This document shows positions 24,038 through 36,300 of a DNA stretch of 64,000 nt, in pieces; the stretch's first letter is position 1, and each line of letters opens with the position of its first letter. The notes under the pieces are model-generated. The model worked only from the letters and a program-made list of their open reading frames with translations, was not told where the DNA came from and made no database searches. A program made the translations under genes and the position numbers. The stretch is from contig NC_043005.1 in the NCBI RefSeq assembly GCF_006345805.1, positions 4,092,001 through 4,156,000 of the forward strand, written 5' to 3'. This DNA comes from Octopus sinensis. Taxonomy: Eukaryota.

Positions 24038-25789
24038 CTATATTAGAAAGAATTATTAGAGATTTCTTTTTTTAATTAGTGAACAGTCAAACTAGCATCA
24101 TAAAGATAAAAGAGAATGGTTCTTATAAAAGAATATATTTGAAAGTAATTGCTAGTTCAAAACTCCTTTTGAGATATATGCCTACACACATACACATTTA
24201 CTCACTCCTATATAATGAAAGGTAACCTTGTGACTGTTCTGTAGCATGGCACCTGAGCTTGTCCCTATATCATACTTTAGCCTCTCAACACCTAACATAC
24301 AACCCCCACCTCTCAATCTCTCACGTCACTCAGTTGAGGGGACTTTCCCCTTTTTTCTGTTCTTTCTTGTCTTACAAGTTGACTGGCGAATTCACTAGTA
24401 CCAGTGACACAAAAGAGTACCCAGTAAACTCTGTAAAACTGTTAGTGTTATGAAGGGCATCCAGCTGCAGAAATTACACTGATGTTGACATTGGTGCATG
24501 GCACAGCCTTATGGCTTGCCAGATCCTGTCAAACCATCCAACCCATACCAGCATAGAAAACAGACGTTAAATGATGATAATATATATACTGTCAAAATAA
24601 CTTCAAATAGTTATGCTTTTCAGCAATTGAAAAAGATATCTGTAATAATGAGATTTAATAAATGACTTTTAAAGTATTTACAAATTTGTTCCCTTACTCA
24701 GGATACCCAAGCCTGTTTTTGTATTTCCCTCAATCATTTGGTTTTATGATCAATCTTATATGTATGTTCTTAAAACCAAAGATGTCAGGAATTTTATTGG
24801 AAATGCATATATGTATAAGTACTAAATGAATAAATATTCAAAAATATTTATATAGATATTATTATTAAAAATGAATAATAACAACGATAATATAGGTGCC
24901 AACAAGCAAAAACCGATAAATGGCAAATCCAAAATTTTATAATCAATAATATTAATATACCAACTTGTTCTTTTTGTATGCACCTGTGATGTGTGTCACA
25001 CTTACTTCAAAGAAAGAAATGAGTAGCATAGTGTGAGAGAGTAAGAGAGAGAGGAAGTAAGAGAGAAATTGAGAGAGTAAGAGAGAAAGAAAGAGAGTGA
25101 AAGAGACAGTGAATGGTGACAGCGTTCCTTTTGTGTTTTTAAATGGTTATTACATCGCAAGAAAAGTAGATACATAGACCGAAGGAAAAGTTGATACATA
25201 GATACATACACACATTGTTAAATCAAAGAAAAAGGTAAAAAAAAAATTGGATGTCACTTTCACTTTTCATTACCACACAAGGATAAAATTAACTCACAAG
25301 TGGCTGAGTACTCCACAGACATGCATACCATTAATGTAGTTCTCTGGGAGATTCAGCCTCACACAGAATATAACAAGGCTGACCCCTTTCAATTACAGCT
25401 ACAACTCATTTTGGCCAGTTGAGTGAACCGGAGAAGATAAACCTTCAAGTTGTTGGAAGAAAACAAAAAAGATTCAACATAGGGGCAGGAAAATCTGTTT
25501 AGTCATTAGGGTCACTATGGGTATTAATTTGATTCTAACAGTGGCATTTGTGGGTCTCACAGATCTGGAGGACAAGCTCCCAGATAAACACCAACATGCA
25601 GACTTTCGTTATCAAACTGAGCGTGAGTCGAGGGTGAATTCATGATGGAATAGCAATTATTTTGTCTTAGTTTTCACTGCTTATACTGAACACTTGACAT
25701 TTTTGCCTTACAATATGGAACATTTCCTTTTCTTTCACTCTTTTTTAAAAAAAATGACAATGAGGTTCCTGTTTATCTGATCAATGGAA

Positions 25790-26055
25790 CAGTCTGCTCA
25801 TAAAATTAACTTGCAAGCAGCTGAATACTCCACAGACATGCATACCATAACGTAGTTCTAAGGGAGATTCAGCCTCACACAGAATGTGACAAGGCTGGTC
25901 TCTTTGAATTACATCTACAACTCATTTTTGCCAGCTGAGTGGACTGCAGCAAGGTGAAGTAAAGTAACTTGCTCAAGAACATAGTGCGCCACCAGGTATC
26001 TTACTCTTGGCTTTAAGATCATGGCCAGAATAACCCTAACCACTGAACCACGTAC
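25790..26055 (-). mobile_element. tRNA-derived SINE (family F)
   Basis: Matches 25290-25430 and 58757-59050; tRNA-like head at the right end (minus-strand ggttcagtggttaggg). Confidence 0.65.
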
Positions 26056-26502
26056 CTTCACTCTCTTTACTGTAGAGAAAAGGAGTGCCACCATAGAGAT
26101 AGAGAAAGGAAAGCATCAGTCATTTACAATGACAATTAGACTGAAATACGATCTTTTCTTGCTTCTTTACTGTTAACAATGATGAAAAGGGAAAGACATT
26201 TAGTAATGAATAGAGGCAAAGTCTTTTCAGGTGTTTACGTCAGGAGTTCTAGAACGATTGAATATTAGTTCTCTCTTCTTTGTTTAATGTTTTCTCTACA
26301 AATTACAAAGAAGCCCCACTCTCCCTTTCTTCTTTTTTTTTTCATACAAAAACTAATGCAAATTTTGAACAGGGTATAATTGTGATGAAAAGAGCCCAGA
26401 AAAATGGGTAATACTCCCTACAAAATGGGTGGGGGAGAAAATGTGCCAACAGGTGGGTACATGAAATTCAACACTATACTTCAAAGAGTGTCTTCTACTA
26501 TA

Positions 26503-27040
26503 GTCGTACCATAACTGTATACAGCTATGGTACGACCACACTTGGAATTCGCATCAGTTTGGAATCCCTATCTTGCTCAGAACATTGACCTCCTGGAATC
26601 TGTCCAGAGACGTGCAACCAAACGCATACCCTCCATCAGACACATACCATATTCTGAGCGCCTTGTTTCCCTGGGCATGGATTCACTGAAGCTCCGGCGT
26701 CTAGCGACGGACTTGGTAAACACCCACAAGGTTATCAACCACCTCACCAACAACAACACTGAACACCTTTTTGATCTCCATGTGTCTAACACACGTGGAC
26801 ATGCCTACAAAGTCAGAAAGCAACACAGCTCCCATGACTTTCGGAAACATTTTTTCACGCTCAGAGTTGCTGAAGCATGGAATAAACTGCCTGCGTCAGT
26901 TGTTGACTGCCATGACACTGCATCCTTTAAGGCCCTCATGCTTTCCGAAATCCGCCGAAACTACACCTGATTATATATACACTTTAGATGAGTTGTAGTG
27001 CACCTGAGCACTGTACACAATTATTATTATTATTATTATA
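26503..27040 (+). mobile_element. 5'-truncated CR1-type LINE inserted into a family-A SINE
   Basis: ORF 26527-26970 (VRPHLEFASVWNP..LESVQRRATK..TRGHAYK..FFTLRVAEAWNKLP); (ATT)n tail; SINE sequence ctactatag on the left resumes as tatagcctcggg on the right. Confidence 0.88.
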
Positions 27041-27656
27041 GCCTCGGGCCAACCAAAGTGAACTTGGTGGACAGAAACTGAAAGAAGCCCATCATGTAAA
27101 TATATATATATAAGTACATATTTATATGTGTGTGTTTGTGTCACAGAAACAAGTAAAAGAAGAAAAAAATACCAGAAGGACGTTCCGAACCACTAAACCA
27201 AGAAGGCTCTTTAAATATGTACGATGTATTTTAAGTCTAAATAGTAATTCTGTTTATGTTTGTGTAACTGAGATATTTTGGTTGAGTATATAGTTATCAG
27301 TTTTACACTTCTTTCTATATTCTGTAACATAGAAACATTTCTCATGGTACCAGCACACAATTTACAGATGCTTACATTGTTAAACATTTTCCGTGAATTA
27401 TTCATAGATCCAGCTAGTTAATTTATAATTATAATAGGACACACACGGTGCCAGCATTGTCATGAAAATCAGAGTTGAAAAATCCTCTAAGAAAATCACC
27501 AATCACTGGAAAAATAATAAGCACAACAGAATTTGGGCTACAAGCACATATATGTATGTGTGTGTGTGTGTGTATAGCTCTCCAGACCTCAGTCAAACCA
27601 TCCAACCCATGCCGGCTTGGAAAATGGATGTTAAACGATGATGATAATGATGATGA

Positions 27657-27695
<39 letters not shown>

Positions 27696-28134
27696 CACAC
27701 ACAGACACACATACGTACACATATGCATATGTGTGAGATGAATTTGTGTGGAGGTTGATACTTATCTCATTCAAATTGTCAATTTGTAATACAAGACTCA
27801 ATAATTAACCCAGCTTCTTCTTGTTTCATGTTATGATAACAAAGAACTCAACGAACAAGAAAAGAAAACATTGAAAAGATGAGGTGTTCTTCGCTTGCAA
27901 TGTGACTTGCTGTTTTTTAAAGGCAACATTATATTGTAGCAATGAAGCAAAGATTTTGTTGAATGTAATGCAGTCTGTGTTTAAATAGAAGGTTTTAATG
28001 TCTGATAGTAAAGTGGAGGAAGAAAATTACAAGCGAACAGGCAAGCCAGCCAGTCAACCTGTCAGCTAAATTAACCCAGTAAATATCAATGAAAATGTTC
28101 AGTACATGATACGGCTTGCTGGTTTAATCATTAT

Positions 28135-28786
28135 GGCGGTGAACTGGCAGAAACATTGGCATGCTGAGCAAAATGCTTAGCCGTATTTCGTCTGCCGCTA
28201 CGTTCTGAGTTCAAATTCCGCCGAGGTCGACTTTGCCTTTCATCCTTTCGGGGTCGATTAAATAAGTACCAGTTACGCACTGGGGTCGATATAATCGACT
28301 TAATCCGTCTGTCTGTCCGTGTTTGTCTCCTCTGTGTTTAGCCCCTTGTGGGTAGTAAAGAAATAGGTATTTCGGCTGTCCTTACATTCTGAGTTCAAAT
28401 TCTGTCATGCTTAACTTTGCCTTTCATCCTTCTGGGGTCGATAAAATAAGTACCATTTGCATACTGGGGTCGGTGTAATTGACTATCCCCCTCCTGCAAG
28501 TTTCAGGCATTGTGCCGAGAGTAGAGAGAATTATTATTATTGCCATTATTGTTGTTATTATTATCTAGGGCAAAGGTAGTGAGCTGGCAGAATGATTCAA
28601 GTTTTGGAGAAAATGCTTTGCAGGATTTGTTTCAATTCTTTACATTCTGAGTTCAAATCCCATCAAGGTCAACTTACCTTTCATCTCTTGGGGGAAATAA
28701 AGTACCAGTCAAATACTAGAGTTCATGTAATCAACTGATCTTATCCCCTCTAAAAATTGCTAATCTTATGCCAAAATTTGAAACAG
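28135..28786 (+). mobile_element. Three tandem family-B SINE copies
   Basis: The motif ttctgagttcaaat..tttcatc..gggg..ataa.taagtacc recurs at ~28205, ~28390 and ~28650. Confidence 0.75.
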
Positions 28787-29795
28787 TTATTATTATTATT
28801 ACATGTTTGACTTTTGCTTTGTATTTGTACAAATTGACTCCAAGTCTCACCCAGAGATCTCAAGAGACAACATGTAAAAAGTTCATGTTGGTGTTATGCC
28901 TAGGGTGTCAAATATTTGGTTTTGTACAGGGTATTGTTCTAGAGAATGTTTAAGGAAACATAAGAAAATTATGAGTTTGTTTTAAAATTTAGGATTACAT
29001 CGACAGTATTTTATGTAGGATATGGGCAGTTCCCATGAGCACTGTCTTTTGAATTTCTGCCATTTTGTGGTTTCCTGGTATCTGAGCTAGGTAGCGATCA
29101 GCCCCTTTTGCTATTATTCTCAGGGCACCTATGACAACAGGCATTGTTTTAGTTTTCAGGTTCCACATTTTGCCAATTTCTATTTCCAGATCTTTATACT
29201 TGCTCAGTTTTTGGCAGGTCTTGACAGATACATTTATTTCAATTGGGACAGTCATATCAATGAGGAGGCACGTTCTTTGTCTGAAGTCTTTCAATAGGAT
29301 GTCTGGCCTATTTGCATCTATCTTTCTGTCAGTTTGAATGGTGAAGTTCCAGAGGAGTGAGATGTGGTCATTTTCAAGCACAGGAGGTGGATTGTGTTCC
29401 CACCAGTTTTTATCATGGGGCAGGTCCAGGTTCTTGCAAATTACCCAGTGAATATATTGTGCTGCCCTATCATGCCTGTTGAGATACTCTGTAGGCGCTA
29501 GAAGACTGCACATGGAGACAACATGATCAATGGTTTCATTTTGTTGTTGACATACATGACATGTTTGGTTACTGCTGTTCTTTAATATGTTGGCCTGGTA
29601 GTTCCTTGCAGATAGGTATTGATCTTGGGTTGCTATGATAAACCCTTCTGATTCTGATTTTAAGCCAGGAGACACTAATCATTAATGGGTAAGGGCTTTG
29701 TCAACATTGACATTATTAGCTCTCTTTGGGTATTTGCCATTGAGTGGTTTTCCTTGTCATTTGTCAGTAAGAATATCTGACGCAGCAGTTCTTGC
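28787..29795 (-). mobile_element. Dong/R4-type LINE, 5'-truncated (CCHC + RLE)
   Basis: ORF 28995-29675: ESEGFIIATQDQ, CHVC..ETIDHVVSMC, RHDRAAQ, NRPDILL..IDMTVP; (AAT)n tail at ~28790-28800. Confidence 0.88.
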
Positions 29796-30984
29796 ATGGG
29801 TTTACATACACCACCACCACCATTATTATTATTATTATTATTATTATTAAGGGTGTCAAGCTGACAGAGTCATCGATGTCAGAGAAAAATGCTTAGTAGT
29901 ATTTTGTTAAGCACTTTACATTCTGAGTTCATATCCTGTCAAGATCAATTTTATCTTTCATACTTTTGGGAGATCATTGAAATAAAATACCAGTCATGTA
30001 CTGAGACCAACATAATCAACTTACCTTCTCCTCTTAAAATTGCTGACTTTGTACCAAAATTTGAAACAACTATTGAGGATAATTTTCATGGTGTGTGTTA
30101 TGCTTTCTTTGCAATGATAACATCCTGGGGTACTTAGATGTTTCAAGAACTTTCTGGACTCAACTCTTGTTTGACATGACATTATTAATAGATGTTTTGG
30201 TAGGTTTATTATGTGATTGCCATGGTAACAATAATATATCAGTTTCTCTTTCGGTATCAACAAGCTTTAAATTTGTTTCCTTATTACTGTTGATGTCAGT
30301 TTTCCTAGAACAATAGTATGATCACAGTGGCTGGTGTCGATTTGTTGCTAAGCTACACAATTCTATGTTGAAGTTTGTCTTACATTCAACAATTAATAAT
30401 ATAGATTTTGCATTCATTCTTCTACAATTCGTTTGAAGATTTTCGTGAATTCAGTTAATATCTTTCTGTCTAGTTTTGTTAATGTATATGTGTTGTTATG
30501 GCTCCTTGTTATAGATGCAATGTCAGCAAAGAGCACATGAAACAGCAACAAACTAAAGAGCACATACACTGTGGCCAAGGAAGCTGGACACTATTGAGAA
30601 TTTACGAGGGAGTTTTGTAGCCTATATTGGCAGCTGGCCCCAGGCAGCTCTGGTGTCACGTTTGAAGAGACCAAAACACCTACAAAGCTGTTTCACCACC
30701 TGATGGAACATCAACTCCTGCATTCAGAGATGGAGTACAGCAGCACCCTCAGCACTCATGTGTTGCATAATGCTGTGGTTTTACCTGAGAGAAGATTTCT
30801 TCATAGACATGATCTCACAGCATTACACCTTTCAATGGTGTGTATACATTAAGTGTGGTACATATATGGCTATTTAAGTTTAATACTGTTTCCATTGTAT
30901 ACATGAAGTTTTGTATATATATATTTCTTTTTACTTGTTAAATCTTGGAGGAAGGAAAAGTATACACGATCCTTGCAGGTTCTT

Positions 30985-31350
30985 TAGAGATATTAATGCT
31001 GTTAATATTCTGTTTAGGCTGTTGCAGTCCAGCACCTGCATGAAAGGCATAAGACGGGAACAATTTCCAGCGATTGATGTTCTAGGGAAGATGGATAGAG
31101 TATAGTGGTTAGTGCAGAGAAAGCAAGGGTTGGATACAACAAGGGTGATGAGAGGTTGGTATCAGCAGTTGTTGGGGCTGAAATATCTTCTAGTCCAAAG
31201 AAAAGAGCTAGTCTTTGGGATGAGGTCCTAGCTGTGCTAAGAATGTGCTTTTGCCAAGGAAGATCCTTGGTGACGTTAAGGGCTCTAGCTGAGGGGATAT
31301 GGTGCTCTGATGTTTTCTTGATGGGAGTAGTGCTTGAGTAGGATTGCTGT
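30985..31350 (-). mobile_element. Degenerate CR1/L2-group LINE 3' end
   Basis: Frameshifted FPRTS..W.LFP..LQQPKQNINSINI; recognised from recall only. Confidence 0.4.
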
Positions 31351-32319
31351 TAAAAAAGAGACAAGACTCTACTAAAGGATGTGGTGTCTAGGTTGTGTGT
31401 GGATGGTGCATGGTTAGGAAGGAATGAAGGGTTGTGTTACCTGCATGAGAGTAGGTGTTGTTGGGTGTGGTGGGAAGTAGGTCATGACATATAGAGGAAA
31501 GAAAGCAGGGAGTGCATTAAATTTTATATTTCTGTTTTATTTTATTTTTATTTTTATTTTATTTATTTGCTGGTGATTTTCCAGTTTTCACAAAAATATA
31601 TTATTAAGTTTGGCAGGAAATTTCAGTTGAAAAATGTGTCATTTGCACAATATTCTTGTGAACAACGGACGTTAAATGATGATGATGATGATTGTATGGT
31701 TAAAGTTGATGGTGCAGTGGTGAGAATCTGTTAAGTTATCATTTACTGAAACAAATAAAAAAGTAGCAAGTCTTGGAATTAGTTACAATAAAATATCAAG
31801 GAAATTACACCAGGCAGAAGAGGTGGTGGTGGGTAGGATGCTGTAAAGAAATAGACACGGAAATGTATTTAAGAAATTCTGTTGGAATCTCTGGAAAGTG
31901 GCAGTGATTTGGTTAATTTCATTAACAGACTGATGTCTTCTCTTTATTTGTTAACCTGTGAGATTGTGTGTATGTGTTTGTGTGTGTGTGTATATATATA
32001 TATATATCATGATGATGATGATATATATATGTATATACATATACATACATACATATACATGCATACACACAAACATACATAAGGTGGTGGAGTGGCAGTG
32101 GTGGTGTTGGTAGTAGTTGTGGTAGCAGTAGTGGTGGTGGTGGTGGTGGCTGTTAGTTTTTGGGATGGTGGCATTTGTGTTGTTGGTTATAGTTATAAAG
32201 ATAGTCGTTGAAAAGAGCAGCACTGGCAGTAAAAACCAATGTGTTGTCTGAAGCTTTGATGAATGGATGGCAGAGTCAGTGAGGATGGTGATGGTAGTAT
32301 AGCAGTTGATGGTATGAAC

Positions 32320-32955
32320 CAGTGGTTCTCAACCAGGGTTCACATGACCCTTGCATGTCCGTATAAGATTCTGTTGTTAAAAATTATGTACAATAAGGTG
32401 CGAGAGTAGCTGTGTGGTAAGTAGCTTGCTTACCAACCACATGGTTCAGGGATTAGTCCTACCGTGTGGCACCTTGGGCAAGTGTCTTCTACTATAGTCT
32501 CAAGCTGATCAAAGCCTTGTGAGTGGATTTGCTAGATTGCTAGATGGAAACTGAAAGAAGCCCGTCATGTGTGTGTGTCTGTCTGTCTGTCTGTATTTGT
32601 TCCCCCACCATCGCTTGACATCCAATGCTGGTGTGTTTACGTCCCCGTAACTTAGCAGTCGACCAAAGAGACCGATAGAATAAGTACTAGGCATACAAAG
32701 AATGAGTCCTGGAGTCAATTTGTTTGACTAAAGGCTCCAGTATGGCCACAGTCAAATGACTGAAAAGCATAAAAGAATAAATTGGTTATACTTCTAAAAT
32801 ACACAGAATATTTTAACAATTTTATACAAATTCTAATATCTATAAATTTACAATAAGGTTTTTTTTTTCTAACATTGAATAGTTATGAGGGTCCATCCAA
32901 GTAAAACAGGAATCCATAGGAGTCCATAGATGAAAAAAATGGCTGAGAACCACTG
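32320..32955. mobile_element. hAT-type MITE with a nested family-A SINE (32398-32780)
   Basis: TIRs CAGTGGTTCTCAACC / ggctgagaaccactg; TSD not preserved. Confidence 0.7.
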
Positions 32956-33064
32956 GCACTGACAGATATGACAGTAATGAATCTTAGTCGCTCAATGATA
33001 GAGATTCAGTTGTTCAATGAATTGAATAACCTTCTCTTAAATTAATGAGTCTGCCACAAGGTTC

Positions 33065-33345
33065 AGTCCTTGTTGCTGTGTGGTGGCCTACATGCTTAAA
33101 TGATCATGAAAGCTAAGCTGGTCGAGTGCAAGCTCCTGGTAGTGTCTCCAACCATACCGGACAGGTCAAAGGACAGAAGCCAAATTAATGTGCACCAATA
33201 ATTTCCAGAGGTAAAAATGAGTTTGCAACGGGCCAACAGCCCGACCTAATGAAATAGCAAAGTTACAGAAGCATTAATGGCAATTCAAGACTAACAAGAC
33301 CCAGAAGTGGAAAGCTTTCGTTCAGGGAAACATATCAGTTGGGAT
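33065..33345 (+). mobile_element. Sequence resembling the 5' UTR and start of an RTE-clade LINE
   Basis: ctcctggtag..ccataccggacaggtcaaagg..agcca..taa and gcaacgggccaacagcccgacc resemble RTE 5' regions as I recall them; unverified. Confidence 0.4.
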
Positions 33346-33351
33346 ACTAAG

Positions 33352-36300
33352 GCAGAATTGAAAAAGCAGAGAGGACAGCCAAACGGAGTTGAGAAACAGA
33401 AAGGATAGCCCAACGGATTCGAGAAACAGAAAGGATAGCTCAACGGAGTTGAGAAACAGAAGGGATAGCCCAATGGAGTTGATAAAAAGAAAGGATAGCC
33501 CAACGGAGTTGAGAAACAGAAAGGATAGCCCAACGGAGTTAAGAAACAGAGAGGACAGCTCAACGGAGTTGAGAAACAGAAAAGATAGCCCAACGAGTTG
33601 AGAAACAGAAAGGATAGCCCAACTGAGTTGAGAAACAGAAAAGATAGCCCAACGGAGTTGAGAAACAGAAAGGATAGCACAATGGAGTTGAGAAACAGAA
33701 AGGATAACCCAATGGAGTTGAGAAACAGAAAGGATAGCCCAACGGAGTTGAGAAACAGAAAGGATAACCCAACTGAGTTGAGAAACAGAAAGGATAACCC
33801 AACTGAGTTGAGAAACAGAAAGGATAGCTCAACGGAGTTGAGAAACAGAAATGATAGCCCAACGCAGTTGAGAAACAGAAAGGATAACCCAACGGAGTTG
33901 AGAAACAGAAAGGATAGCTCAACGGAATTGAGAAACAGAAAGAATAACCCAACGGAGTTGTAAAAGCCGAAAGGACAGCCCAACGGAGTTATAAAAGCCG
34001 AAAGGACAGCCCAACGGAGTTATAAAAGCCGAAAGGACAGCCCAACGGAGTTGAAAAAGCTGAAAGGACAGCCCAACGGAGTTGAGAAACAGGAAGCATA
34101 GCCCAACGGATTTGAAAAAGCAGAAGAGATAGCCCAATGGAGTTGCGAAACAGAAAGGATAGCTCAACGGAGTTGAGAAACAAGGGATAGCTCAACGTAG
34201 TTGAGAAACAAAAAGGATAGCTCAAAGGAGTTGAGAAATAGAAAGGATAGCTCAAAGGAGTTGAGAAACAGAACGGGCAGCCCAAGGGATCAGAGAAACA
34301 GAAAGGATAGCTCAACGGAGCTGAGAAACAGAAAGGATAGCCCAACAGAGTTGAGAAACAAAAGGATAACCCAACGTAGTTGAGAAACAGAAAGGATATC
34401 CCAACGGAGTTGAGAAACAGAAAGAATAGCCCAACAACAGGGTTGAGAAACAGAAAGGATAACCCAACGGAGTTGAAAAAGCAGAAGGGATAGCTCAACG
34501 GAATTGATAAACAGAAAGAATAGCCCAACGGATTCGAGAAACAGAAAGGATAACCGAACGGATTTGAGAAACAGAAATGATACCTCAACGGAGTTGAGAA
34601 ACAGAAAGGATAGCCCAACGGAGTTGAGAAACAGAAAGGATAGCTCAACAGAGTTGAGAAACAGAACGGATAGCCCAACGGAGTTGAGAAACAGAAAGGA
34701 TAACCCAACGGAGTTGAGAAACAGAAAGGATAACCGAACGGATTTGAGAAACAGAAATGATACCTCAACGGAGTTGAGAAACAGAAAGGATAGCCCAACG
34801 GAGTTGAGAAACAAAAAGGATAGCTCAAAGGAGTTGAGAAACAGAAAGGATAGCCCAACAGAGTTGAGAAACAAAAGGATAACCCAACGTAGTTGAGAAA
34901 CAGAAAGGATATCCCAACGGAGTTGAGAAACAGAAAGAATAGCCCAACAGGGTTGAGAAACAGAAAGGATAACCCAACGGAGTTGAGAAACAGAAAGGAT
35001 AACCCAACGGATTTGAGAAACAGAAATGATACCTCAACGGAGTTGAGAAACAGAAAGGATAGCCCAACGGAGTTGAGAAACAGAAAGGATAGCTCAACGG
35101 AGTTGAGAAACAGAGAGGATAACCCAACGGAGTTGAGAAACAGAAAGGATAGCTCAACGGAGTTGAGAAACAGAAAGGATAACCCAACGGAGTTGAGAAA
35201 CAGAAAGGATAGCTCAACGGAGTTGAGAAACAGAAAGGATAACCCAACGTAGTTGAGAAACAGAAAGGATACCTCAACGGAGTTGAGAAACAGAAAGGAT
35301 AACCCAACGGAGTTGAGAAACAGAAAGGATACCTCAACGGAGTTGAGAAACAGAAATGATAGCCCAACGGAGTTGAAAAAGCAGAACGGATAGCCCAACG
35401 GAGTTGAGAAACAGAAAGGATAGCTCAATGGAGTTGAGAAACAGAAAGGATAACCCAACGGAGTTGTGAAACAGAAAGGATAGCCCAACGGAGTTGAGAA
35501 ACAGAAAGGATAACCCAACGGAGTTGAGAAACAGAAAGGATACCTCAACGGAGTTGAGAAACAGAAATGATAGCCCAACGGAGTTGAAAAAGCAGAACGG
35601 ATAGCCCAACGGAGTTGAGAAACAGAAAGGATAGCTCAATGGAGTTGAGAAACAGAAAGGATAACCCAACGGAGTTTAGAAACAGAAAGGATAGCTCAAC
35701 GGAGTTGAGAAACAGAAAGGATAACCCAACTGAGTTGAGAAACAGAAAGGATAGCTCAATGAAGTTGAGAAACAGAAAGGATAACCAACGGAGTTGAGAA
35801 ACAGAAAGGATAGCTCAACGGAGTTGAGAAACAGAAAGGATAACCCAACGGAGTTGAGAAACAGAAACAGAAAGGATAGCTCAACGGAGTTGAGAAACAG
35901 AAAGGATAACCCAACGGAGTTGAGAGAAACAGAAAGGATAGCTCAATGGAGTTGAGAAACAGAAAGGATAGCTCAATGGAATTGAGAAACAGAAAGGATA
36001 ACCCAACGGAGTTGAGAAACAGAAAGGATAGCTCAACGGAGTTGAGAAACAGAAAGGATAGCTCAACGGAGTTGAGAAACAGAAAGGATAGCTCAACGGA
36101 GTTGAGAAACAGAAAGGATAACCCAACTGAGTTGAGAAACAGAAAGGATAGCTCAATGAAGTTGAGAAACAGAAAGGATAGCCCAACGGAGTTGAGAAAC
36201 AGAAAGGATAGCTCAACGGAGTTGAGAAACAGAAAGGATAACCCAACGGAGTTGAGAAACAGAAAGGATAGCTCAACGGAGTTGAGAAACAGAAAGGATA

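Noticed and set aside
27175-27215. Minus-strand GAGCC..GGUUC-GGAA-CGUC, resembling a hammerhead 3' half
   Set aside because: The CUGANGA core is absent; at most a dead relic.
30070-30330. Possible minus-strand terminal exon (KTDINSNKETNLKLVDTERE..)
   Set aside because: No recognisable domain and no linked exons.
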